From contig OZ059897.1 in assembly GCA_964057225.1 (NCBI GenBank), positions 8,556,001 through 8,620,000 on the forward strand: a stretch of DNA of 64,000 nt. Reading direction: 5' to 3'. The position numbers and the translations under genes are program-made. Positions 12,023-23,959 of the stretch are shown piece after piece (positions within the stretch are counted from its first letter, which is position 1; every line of letters starts with the position of its first letter). The notes under the pieces were generated by a model that was given only the letters and a program-made list of their open reading frames with translations, had not been told where the DNA came from and did no database searches. This DNA is from Auanema rhodensis. Taxonomy: Eukaryota > Animalia > Nematoda.

Positions 12023-15000
12023 TTATGACCATACATCTTCAATGTAGCGATCATTCTTCTTCAAATCCATTAGAAAAGCCTTGGCCTCAGATTCAGGTAA
12101 TTCTGCAAAAAATTGAAAAATGACCGATAGACAGATGAAAAATATTTCTTCATTTCTCCTCCCGCTAGCTTTAATCGTTAGATGGGATTATAAACGTCAC
12201 ATAAGAGGGCCATTAAAATGTCGAAAATGTAGAAAAACCAACTGTGGCTCGATTGGGGAGGGCAAGAAAGAAAATTGATCTTATGTATACTATGGTACAT
12301 ATTCAGAATTTGCGCATACCTTTAGATTGTTGAATGATTGCTTGGAATGTAGCCATTACATCTTTGGACATTCCTTTGGCATCCCCACAAATGAAAATGC
12401 GGGATGGGTGATCCCCTTCCAGTCCAATGAAATCAGATACCTATGAATAAAAATGTAATTTCCATCTGCGAGTTTGTAGTTGAATATACTTCTTTAACGC
12501 GAGATTTTAAAGCATCTTGAACGTATATTGGACGAGAAGGATCAGATGATCCTTGGCTTTCACAGACAATCAATTCAGTGAGAATTCCTTCACGTACATA
12601 AGCTTCCAACTCGTCTCTAAATATGATCAAGTTAGTCTTGAAATCACAATAAATCAAACCTATAAATAAAATCTTTGTTTAGATGACGACATCCAAAATA
12701 GAGATATCGAGGCACATTAGGGAAATTCTCAGGATCAGCTAATTTCAATTTTCTAAATAAGAAATACTTTCATAAAAAGTCTTCTTCAGTGATCTCTCTC
12801 ACAGCAGATGCTGGCAGAATCCCAAGAATACAGAAACACCGGTACCAGGGCCAATCATCATGAGAGGCATATGAGCCACAGAGGCAGAGTCAAGCGGTGG
12901 AGGTGGTAAACGGAATCTTGCAGCCTCTTTAGCCATAATCTTAATTTGTTTTTTAATTTGAAAAGATTATTTAAATTATTCTTCTGATAGTTAAATATTG
13001 TATATTTTGGGTGAATTTTATATATTGTATATATATACCTTGTACACATACTGTATATATCATACTCGAGCCTTTTGCTTAATCGGAAACCCCGAAAAAG
13101 CTGTTCCAAAAGTTTAGATTTCTCGACGCAACTTTCGTTAGTCGAAGCCCTAACGTACCTTGAGATACTGGGTTAAAACCGAATTGGTAGCCGCGATGGC
13201 GTCCCTTGTGCAAAACGTTCATCGTATATAATATGGGTGCTATGTTATTTTTGATAGACAACGCGACAGACAATCATAGAAAATTGGCATTTGGGCACGT
13301 TAACCTTTTTTTTTGTTAATGCATATGAGAATGGTATTTTGGTGAAAGTTTTTTGTTTTAACTGTAAATTAAAAAACTTACTTGAATTTTATCTCCAACT
13401 TTTATTGTATTCAACCATTCAGTGGCTACTCCTTGTCGCTCATATCTTAAATTCATTTTGTTTTGTGACAAAGTTATAGGATTTACCTCCTTCCTTCTTC
13501 TCCACTGAATGACATGATGGAATAAACAAAGCGGACTCTTCTATTTTTGGCGGAAGCAACACTATATGGTCGTGGCATCAACCGTGGGAGAAGCTCTAAA
13601 ATGAATACCTTCATACTATTTCATTTTTTTCAAAAAATACCTATGAGTCTATCGACATTGGGCTTCACACTTGGGAAAGCTAATAATACATCAGCAATTG
13701 ATAGTCCAGCCTTATACCATTCATATTAATTTAATTCTAGTCAAATAGCCATTACCTGTCTAACATACACCGTAAAGTCATTCATACCTTGGGCACTGCA
13801 CAACTCTAAAAGACGACGTTTTTCCCCTTCATTGCTTGCAGAGTCGGCTAAAATTCTCAAAAGTGGCTGAAAAATCAGAAATTGTATTGCTTGCTATCAC
13901 ATTTGCTCAACTCTTCCTGGAGCTCTTCTGATGTCTAAACAATACATGAAGAGATGTCGCAATGTAGTATTAGTAGGCACATGGGGTGGAACAACAGCTT
14001 TCAGTTTCTTAGTTGAAGGATCAACAGCAACTTTGAATTCGTTGTCTGCTAATGGTAATAAGCCCAATCTGAAAACAAATATTAATTAAACTAAGGTGAA
14101 GCGTTTACCTGTCCAGAATAAATTCGACTTCGGCTTCATTATTTGGGGCAATGAAGTAAAATGCATCTCCAGGTTCGTAAGGTAATGCTTGTTCATGCTC
14201 TATAATAACTTTTGTTTTACTTGATATGGTTTCAAAACTCTGAATAATGTTATATGGGGGTTTCTCTCATTCAAAAATAGTTTATATAAATACACGTGAA
14301 ATCACGTGGATCGTTCATTACTAATGAGTACATACAATGGAACGGTCATTCTGCTGATTTATGAAAATGGAAACTATTCCTATCATAAAACTAACCTCCC
14401 AAATCAATAACAATTTCTCTTTTAGGTTTTTCAACATCTGCATCCGTTAATAAGGCAGTTCCGACCACAGAGACAGTGAATGGTGCACTGACTAATAAAA
14501 AACTTTATGTTCAAGTATTAATTTTAAAAAAACGTACCAACTCCCATCATTTTAGCGCTATTTTGCCAAACAGATTTATCAACTTCAGGCTTGATATGTC
14601 CAAAAGAAGACGATAAAAAATCCTGTGGAGCAATAGGAACCCGCAGATTGTTATCCGTAGCTACTTTTTCTTCACCTAGAATATGAAAGGCATTAGTATT
14701 AAAGTTAGATTGAATTACCTTTAATAAGAGAAGGAACTGGGTATTCATAAGGGAGAACATGCAATTTGTCAGAAATGCTTATTTGCTGTTGTTGTGAGAT
14801 AGCCAATTCTTCTTTCTCCTCTTTTGTTTTAATAGCATTGAATTTAATTTTTGTTTCGAATAGAGATGCAAGTCTAGAAATTACAATATTATATATTTTA
14901 TTTCGGCACAACTTACCTTTCTTCGTCTATAGAAAAATGCTTTGCCAGTACATTAAAGAGATTCTCAATCCATGGCTCCACAACAAGCTCGAGTCTAGAA

Positions 15001-15528
15001 GTGGGTTCTCATAGTCGCATTAGGCTACTACTTACCCTACTTGATCATCGGCTTCACCTCTTTCCAAAATTTTTTCTGCTCCTAGATACTGTAATTGTTT
15101 TTCAATTTTTATTGGAACTCCTTGATATGTCGAATAGTTAGAATCGCCCAACCCTAAACGTGAAATTGCATAAATTTTCTAATCAACTTCAATGTTACCT
15201 AAGATTGCATATTGTACTGACTTTAGGTGCCCAGGCTCCAAAGTTCGTCGTGATATTTTCCGAACAAAACGATCACAATTTTCAGGAGGATCCCCATCAC
15301 CCGTGGACGAAACAACGATAACAACCAACTTTTCCTTTTCCAAGAAAAACTAACGAAATTCGCATAAAATAAAAATTTACCGGTGTATATAAATACCTTA
15401 GACTCATGACTATTCAAGACATGAAATGACGGTGTTAATCCTAATCGCTCAGCTTTTTCTTTGATTTGTCCCGCAATAGCTTCAGCTTGACCTGTTTGGG
15501 AGCCATAAGCGATAAGGAAACTTGTCAT
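12023..15528 (-). CDS. mtrr-1: Methionine synthase reductase (diflavin reductase), multi-exon
   Basis: N-terminal flavodoxin MTSFLIAYGSQTGQAEAIA, VSSTGDGDPPENC, LGLGDSNYSTYQG; FAD-binding LMPRPYSVAS; NADPH-binding MIGPGTGVSVF, LYFGCR, YVQD, FICGDAKGMSKDV; C-terminus RYIEDVWS*. Confidence 0.93.
13076..13180 (-). ncRNA. SL2-type spliced-leader RNA gene, nested in mtrr-1 intron 12940-13381
   Basis: 22-nt leader GGTTTTAACCCAGTATCTCAAG (13180-13159), then donor GTACGT, stem II TCGAC-TAAC-GAAA-GTTG-C-GTCGA, Sm site AACTTTTGG (13114-13106) and 3' stem-loop GCTT..TCGG-GGTTT-CCGA..AAGC. About 105 nt, the canonical SL2 RNA layout. Confidence 0.93.
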
Positions 15529-15632
15529 TACTACAAATTACAAATATACAATGATATTTATGGAAAAATAAGATATATATAAGAATGAATAAAAACAAAG
15601 TAATAATGCAAAAATATATTTCAAATGATTTA

Positions 15633-17162
15633 TTATTTTCTGGCGATAGGATCACCACGACAAATATAAGGCCATTTATCTACAGCACTTCCAACAGTCC
15701 AATATCCAAGTTTGCTTTCTCTGGTGTCAGGCGCAAGTTTTGTATTCAAAAGAGCAACATAGTTCCATTTGCCGATAAATTCAACTTCGTCTCCAACTAG
15801 ATAAAATGTTTGTCGAACATAAAATCTGAACTGATTCATACCTCCAGCAAGGCCGTACCAACGGTAGTAATCAGCCTCATCCTCAGTTTCATATGACCAA
15901 TCAGTACTATTGAACTTCAAGCCAAACATAAGTGGGTTTGTGGATAAGGGTCCAGATTTTGCTAAATTATGTTTCATAACCTTAGAAGCCAAATCTGTAA
16001 ATATTTCAAGGTGAAAATGAGCCCAAAACGAGTGAACAACGTTGAATAGCCGAATTCGTTAGATCATCGTGTATGGCAGCCAAGTTGACTTCACTCATAT
16101 GTGGATTCACAATCTCTTCACATTTTTGTTTTGCATTAAAATAGGTGACGGCATTGGTGAAGATCTTCAAAAAGAATTAAAAGTAAAAGAATTTCGATAA
16201 TGAATACTTACTCTATAGCAGTGATCTCCAATCAACGTCCATGCAACAGGGCAAGATATGATAGGTTCTGGAAAACGCAAAAAAAGACTTTCTGATCAGT
16301 CTAATAAAAGAAAACCATATTGACACATCACATGCATTTCTTGAGCGGTTGGATTCACATCATTCAGACCATAACCCATGCCAGATTCGCCACTACAAAG
16401 AACTATCATGTTTATCTCAAAGAACGATCAGAAATTACTTTTCGAAGGCAAGTACGTTTTCTGGCGGGGATCCTTCGTTATCAGGTTGATATGCCAGGAA
16501 TAGAGAAGGATCTACCGGTTGCTGTATAACACCAATAGATATTATCATCTGAGTCAGTCAACTTACTGCTTGCTGTCCATTTTTGTAATAATAATACCAA
16601 TGATTTTTATGATCAGGATTATTGGTTCCATCTGTCCAAGTTTCATTTGGACGTCTTCTACCTCCAATAAAAGCTGATATTGTCTTCTATAAGAGAATAT
16701 CAACAATGTATCTTTAATTTTAGACCCCAACATCAACAAATCCTGATTCTACCATTCGATACATTTGTTCATTTGTCCATATAAAAGCCATATGACCACG
16801 AAAGCCACCAATTTTATCACAATGACTGTTCAAATCCTGAACTCTGGTTACCTTTCAATCTGATAAGCCAAAATTTTACCCTCCACTGCGATTCGGGAAC
16901 TTTGAATTTTTGTTTAGTTAGAGTATAGCAACTATCGCCTAAATACTGAGCACGCAATAATTCGTTCTCCTCACGATGCGCTTGTAAAGTCTGGCATTTC
17001 CGTTCTAGTGCCGTATGATCTAAAGACTTTCTAAATTACCACCAGGAAATCAAAATATGCAGTAAACTGACATGTTCTCGGAAATTGAGCTGAGTACAAA
17101 TCATCTGCTGAACCATGCAGGACAGTAACTATAGACAAGAATACGGTAGCTGTAAGCAGCAT
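15633..17162 (-). CDS. Secreted C-type lectin domain protein (two CTLDs)
   Basis: Signal peptide MLLTATVFLSIVTVLHG; CPVAWTLIGDHCYRIF, AKQKC, LAAIHD, GGRRPNETWTDG, terminal PYICR; short GT-AG introns. Confidence 0.75.
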
Positions 17163-17504
17163 AACCACACAAGAATGGAGCAATCACAATATGATAAACG
17201 ATTTGACCAATCGTCTCACACGATATACAGAAGATGATGGATATTTTATTAGCCATTCAGATCGTTCCCATATTAAATCATTATAACATAGGGAAAATGA
17301 TACACGAACTAGAATTCCGTAAAACAAACAGTACATGTTCTCAAAAAAAATCAGAATAAATCATTATCCGTATTAATAATAATAAGGATAGATGAATTAA
17401 ATTTTAATATTGGGAATAACAATTATAGAAATTTGGAAAAAATCAACAATAAATTCAACAAAAATACAAGTATAAAATTCAACAATTATAAAATATATTT
17501 AAAA

Positions 17505-19242
17505 TTACTTGACAGTCCACTGATTTTCATCCTGTAACTCAAAGGAATCATCAACATGAGACTTAGTGAATACCTAAAACCATTAATTTGAATAGTCAAA
17601 ATTATAAATTGAAACCATAATGACAGGCATGCCTTGCCGAATTTGATAGCCAGGAGTAGAAAATATTGTTTGAAAAGACATCCATTCATGAACTTCCATG
17701 AGATACTCATCAAATTCGGAGCCAATAAAGAATCTGACATTATCAAATCTGGAAAAAATAAAATAACATTGTTATAGTATTTTCGGCACCTGAATTCATT
17801 TTTGGTGTCCCATTCAGCAGGCGATTCCAAAACAGCACTGAGGAGTGCACCTAATTCAGTTTTCTCGTTAACCTCAGTTAATACATCAACTTGTCCAGAC
17901 TAAAACACAAAAAAAATTATAAAAGCAAAATGTTCGTACTTGAGGGTATTGAAGTAATACAGGCCATTGTAACTCTCCATTCTCATCGAAAGAGACAATT
18001 TTATGCTAAAATCAATATGATTGATATGATATAACAGTGAACATTGGAACCTCATCCAATTGATTAAGACTAGCAGTAAGAAGAGACCAATCCATCAATT
18101 CTGGCTTGCCATACGGTAAACGGGGTCTCAAATTTAATTTTCGTTCACTTAAAGCGTTAAGAAGCTTTGTTTTTTCTTCTACTTCTTTCTTCTCCTGAAT
18201 CACAAAAATATAGTACGAAGATAAAACTGTTTGGTTATAAGACAAACTTTAAGTCTAAGTTTTCTGGCATTTCTATCTTCAATAGCGCTAATATCCTTTG
18301 CCTTAACGTTTAATTCTTCTAATTGGTCTAACAGCTTCTCCTCCGCTTCTGTCACTACTCCTAATAAATAAAAAATTAAATAAGGGCATTATCATTCGAA
18401 TATACCTTCTTCTTCTAACTCCTTTTGCACAGCGAACATCTTTTTACTAGTATCTATCCATTCAATGGCTTGCTTACCGTAACCTAACTCTAAGAGGCAT
18501 TCTGCTCCACGAACTATTCCCTAAATTATGATTTGCTGATTGCATTTTTCACACTTAATTACTTTAAGATTTGTAGCATCGAATTTTCGTCCAAATGAAC
18601 AATCACGAATCGCTGATCTCATATTTCCAAGATATTTATTTGCAGCAGCTCGATTGCAATATAAAATACCGTTTAATTTTCTATCCAAACATTTAGCTTT
18701 TATTCCTAAAGCGGAAATTTATTAAAGCGTTTCTAACGAGTCGATTGAGAAATATAATTCAATAAAAAAATACCATTTGTGTAACAGTCGATAGCCCATC
18801 GATATTTTTTAAAACCAAAATGCTTGTTGCCTTCTTTTTTATTCTTTTCCGCTTGAGCTAGGAGATCCTCAATTTCGTCCTCACTGTATTTGATAGCCTA
18901 TACATTTAATATCAATGTCTGTTACAATTCTATCACTTACTTGTAAAGCTCTGAGAGTATCTCCATATTTTCCGTCCAAAGCTTTATTAATATCCGATTT
19001 ATCGGTCATAAAGCATGGATGTTGTTCGATCTCTTTGCACCATTCATCAAAGTCAAAGGGTTTTTTTTCCACATTTTCTCCCTTCTAAACAAAAGAAACA
19101 ACTGCTAGTGTCATATTGATCAAACCCTTCGTTCTGCCATTTCTTCCATAAATTGATCCAATTCGTCATCCATTTTCTTCATCATCTCAAGTCGTTCCTC
19201 ATCGTTTAATTTTTTTTTCGGCAATTGTGGTTTCAAATCCAT
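17505..19242 (-). CDS. TTC4/Cns1-like TPR co-chaperone
   Basis: LDQFMEEM, HPCFMT, LRALQ..KY, KKEGNKHFGFKKYRWAIDCYT, LYCNRAAANKYLGNMRSAIRDC, RGAECLLEL, PVLLQYP..GQVD; ends QWTVK*. Confidence 0.88.
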
Positions 19243-19424
19243 AATTACTATAAAAAATTAATTATTTTCACTAACACACATATTATAAAAAGCTATAAAA
19301 ATTTTTTTTAATGTTTTAATAATAATTTTAATATTATAAACGATAAAAATTAAGAAAATGACGGTTTTTGTTAGTTGCGCTCTAACTGCAATCGAGATGA
19401 CCCAAAGATAACGTTTAAATTTTT

Positions 19425-19444
19425 TACTTTTCGCGCGAAAAGTA
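19425..19444. promoter_or_regulatory. Palindromic E2F/DRM-type site in the TTC4 / cdc-14 bidirectional promoter
   Basis: Perfect 20-bp palindrome TACTTTTCGCGCGAAAAGTA in the ~440-bp gap between divergent ATGs; second TTTTCGCG about 25 bp downstream. Confidence 0.65.
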
Positions 19445-19685
19445 CTGTATGTTTGGCATCTTGCCATATTTTCGCGTGATTTTAATAAAGAACTTTGTTA
19501 TGCTATAACATTGTTTTTTGTTCTGTTTTTTCTCTTAAAATTTTGATGTTTTCCTGATCTTCATGAAGCTTTGATCTCTTTTTTCTCGATCAGAAATTTT
19601 CATAAGCAATTTCAAGTTGTTAATATCTTTTTTACAGGTCATGGATTTTTAATTGTAAAAATAGACTAAATTCGACAATATCAAT

Positions 19686-22600
19686 ATGGTTGCTTCTTCT
19701 ATGATCAACACTACTTATGCACATGGAAATCTTGTCGAACTTATTTGTGAACAGCTTTATTTCGTTTCCTTTTCGGAGAAACCAAAATCTGATGCCAATG
19801 TGAGGTACATCAACCTCGAAGAACATGTAAGCAATATTAAAATACTTGATGAGAACATTTTTTTTCAGGTTCATTATGAACCTTTTTACACCGACTTTGG
19901 ACCTTTAAATCTCTCTGTGCTCTATAGGTTTTCAGAGGACCTTCATAGTATTTTAGAGGTTTGTTTACTTAGATATCATTATATTGCAGTGAAACCATTT
20001 AGGCCAATAAAAAAAGAAAAGTTGTTGTTCACACCAACGACGATGAAGAAAATCGTGTGAATGGAGCTTATATTCTAGGAGCATATCTCGTAAATACTAT
20101 TTATTTGTTGGTATTGTTTTTATTGATTTTATAGATAATTTACCATGGTATCACTGCGGACGCTGCTTATCTCAAGCTAGAAGGCGCTCAACCACCCAAG
20201 TTTGTTGGGTTTAGGGACGCTGCGATGGGTGAACCTACTTATCTTTTACATCTACATGACGTTCTTCGTTCAGTGGAAAAAGTATGTATTCGAACGTCTA
20301 TTAACAATATATATATAAACATTGATAGGCTTTACAATACAAATGGCTTGATTTTGATAAATTTGATGCACACGAGTATGAATTTTATGAAAGAGTAGAA
20401 AACGGAGATCTTAATTGGATAATCCCAGGAAAAATTTTATCATTTTGTGGACCGCATAATCAGAGCACAGTGGAAGATGGTAAGTTCAAGGTTTTTTTTC
20501 AAACTAAGTCCTTTATATTTAAGGCTATCCTTATCATGCGCCTGAAATATATTTCGATTACTTCCGGAAAAAAAATGTTTCAACTATAGTTAGGCTGAAT
20601 ATGCATATGTATGATCCTAGGAAGTTCGTTTTTTTCTCATTTTCCATTTGTTTATTTCTTGTTTAGGTTTACCAATGCTGGATTTAATCACGTTGACTTA
20701 TTTTTCATTGATGGTAGTACACCTTCTGATGATATAGTACGATCATTTATTGATGTTGTTGATAATTCTAAAGGAGCTGTTGCTGTTCACTGCAAAGCAG
20801 GTAGCTTGTGTTTTCATTCATCTGCATTCAAGTTTGATTGTGTTATAGGATTGGGAAGAACTGGGACGCTCATAGCTTGTTGGATGATGAAAGAATTTGG
20901 AATGACGGCTGCTGAATGTATGGCTTGGCTGAGAGTTTGCCGTCCAGGTTCTGTTATTGGCCCGCAACAACAATGGCTTGTTGAAAAACAGAGGTTCTGT
21001 TGGTCTATGTCAAGTCGAAAAACTGTACATGTTCCTCGTAAGCATAGAGATAGTGGTTCGGAAACTAATTTCAAGTCTTTAGTCAATCAGGTGTGTCAAT
21101 TCAAGATTATGTATACCATAGTTTTCTGTTTTTAGGTTGATGACATTAAACTATCACATTCAAGAGTATCTCATAGAAATATAGAACAAAATAGAACAAG
21201 ACCTGCAATATTGCCGATACGGCGCTCAAAACGAGGTGACACAAATGGTAACCCCGTATGTGTTGACGAGGTAAGGTTGCACATTGAGTTCTGAACTTAT
21301 GCTAGTTGTTACAGACTGCTATTGATAGTAAAGGACGTTCACAAGGTGATCGACTGTTAGCAATGAAAGCGAGAAGCCAACATCATCAGTTACCATCGAA
21401 TAATAATAATAATAGTAATAATAATATTGGTGCCTATGAGGCTAAATATGATGTTATAAGTGGAAAAACACGCCAGCATAAGATGAATAATTTATTTCCT
21501 CAGGTAATAATCCTCAATTAAAACTTATACTTGTTATATTTAGACTCCTACAACTCCCAAACCTGTCGTGGCCAGATCTTCCGCAATGGCTCATGTAACT
21601 CGCTTTTCTTCGCCAACAACTCCAATAAAGCCAATGTCGCCTTCATCACCGGCTGTTGTTCGAGCACGAGTTCCTCAACGAACATTGGGCTCGCCTTTCG
21701 TACCTCCGCCGGTATGTTTCTCTCAGTATTAAAATGCGGTTTTCGTTTGTATTCAATGCACAGCATGCTGTTTTTTTATTATTATCTCTGATTTAAAATC
21801 GTATAAGTTGTTGTATCGCAGCCGAGTTAGATTTGAGTGCCTTGCATGCTCTCCACTTTTAGCTGATGAATTTGTCTCCTGTTTCTGACTTCTTCGATAC
21901 TTCAACTATGGATTTTGATCGATCCCGGAGGCGAGGAATTGATTGGCCCCGGAATCGCCTTTAAGGTCAGGTCTTGAATATTTTGATCTTCTATTCTGTT
22001 GCTGGTGTTTGTATTTCCCTATGACCATTAGTTGTTCCTAATGTAGTTTCTCACTGGGCTGTATTTTTAGTTTACGTGTATATCGTTTCACTTGCCACAT
22101 ACACATCATTATTGAATTGTTTTCTTTGGACGAATACTTGTGTAACATGCTTAAGGTAATATGAACCCCTTGACACTCTAAATTAATTTTGTTTTGGACC
22201 ATATTAGTTCTTATTTGTTCATAAGAAATTACATTTTTCATATTACAACATTTGAAATTTTAAATAATCCTGTAATAATCCCATGCATTTACTGTGGTTT
22301 AATAGTTTTTGTTTTTTAGTTGTGAGCATGCGCATGCTTTCCGCTTTTTACTCTATTAGATAAACAGTGGTGTTCTCTTTTACGCATATCCTTACATAAC
22401 ACTCGAATCATGCCCTACACTTTTAATCCTCTCACAAACATGAAAACCGTAGTACCTCTAGAATGCAGGCTCATACTCGCTTTCAGATTGCGAAAGTCAT
22501 TGTAGAAGGTGGAAAATCTGCATCGAAGATCTTCACGAACAAACCAAGCTCTCAAAGAAAATTAACGTTAAAGTAAATTTAATTGGGTGATCATTGAAAA

Positions 22601-22849
22601 TGGAATGATTAATTTTCAGTAGTGTTCGAACTAGACCGTATCCATCTCAAGGAACTAGAGTTGAATTGGCTGCTACCGGGACTACATATGATTTAAGGTC
22701 GCGTATACCTCAGCGGAATCATGATTTACCCGAATCTGCGCTGCGCTTGCCTCCCAACACTGATGCTTTATTGGTAATATTGTGCTTAATTAAAATCGGA
22801 AAATTTATTAACTTATTAACAGATTCGTCGAAAAAAGCGCTCTACGTGA
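19686..22849 (+). CDS. cdc-14: Cdc14 dual-specificity phosphatase, multi-exon
   Basis: [45 protein letters not shown], catalytic [26 protein letters not shown]; basic C-terminus IRRKKRST*. Confidence 0.95.
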
Positions 22850-23959
22850 TTTATTGCCTGGTTACCACCATTCAGTGTGGTACATACTTACAAGCTTAGT
22901 CAGAGACAGTGAATTTTTAAAATTATTTAATCGCTGGCGATATGACCGCTTAATTGCTACTAACCGCTAGATCTGCATTGAGTTTTAAGAGCATTTATTC
23001 TCCAAGTTTTTAGTTTGAAATTGTTTGCCCTAGGCTGAATGTATAAAAACTGCCCACCTTGCATTACTATATTTATAATGATTTTTTTCAAACGTCATAA
23101 TTTGTATAATAGCGTAGTGGCTAATATCACATAATATTTGTATATACGCAATTTTACTAATAATAAATTTTTTACTTACAGGTTTTCAAATTTGTTGTGA
23201 AATACGATCCTGGTGTTATGTGCTATTTCTATTGTTAAGCTGTACATTCGTTCCACGATCCTAGTAATACAACTAAAATAATTTAAAAACATTCCCGTTT
23301 CTGATATTGTGAAAAAGAATACTAATGCCGAATGAAGCGTACTTATTAAGAACAACCGTTTTGGTTGATAATGAATGCTAAAATGACGTTTGGAACTGCA
23401 TGTGGGTTCATACACGTGCTTTATGCTAAATTGTTAACGTCAACATGGGTGTGGCTGACATTATTTATGATTTCATATTATAAGAAGGAATTCGGAACCA
23501 TCTTTCATTTTTAAGAAAATCTTCTGGAACATAATCTGAAATTCAAATTATATTATTTTTCAGTAAAGTATATGAAATCGAAAACCCCTTTCTTAATCTT
23601 TATAGCAGATTTTGGTTGTTTTAATATTCGAGTAGGATTCATAGAGAAGTTATGATCAAACTATTGAAATGTCTGTTTGTTAGCATATTTTGAACTGAAT
23701 TAGGGTAGATGGTGTCAAACAAAATGAGAAATGAAGTCAGCCGCCGTTTATCTTTTCTGCAATTGATTTACTGCTCATTGTCCTAATATGAAAATGCCTA
23801 TATTAGGACTTGAATTGAAATATCAGTTTAATAAAATCAAATCGCTATATAGTAATAGATTAGTTAGCTTATGTAAGCAAATAGTTCTAATAGCAAGTAA
23901 ATATATAACTACTCTAGTTTTTCCTACTTATAACTATATTTGAGTTGAACTTTGAGCTA

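Noticed and set aside
13079-13273. 64-aa minus-strand ORF inside mtrr-1
   Set aside because: Coincides with the SL2 RNA gene and its upstream region; non-coding explanation is stronger.
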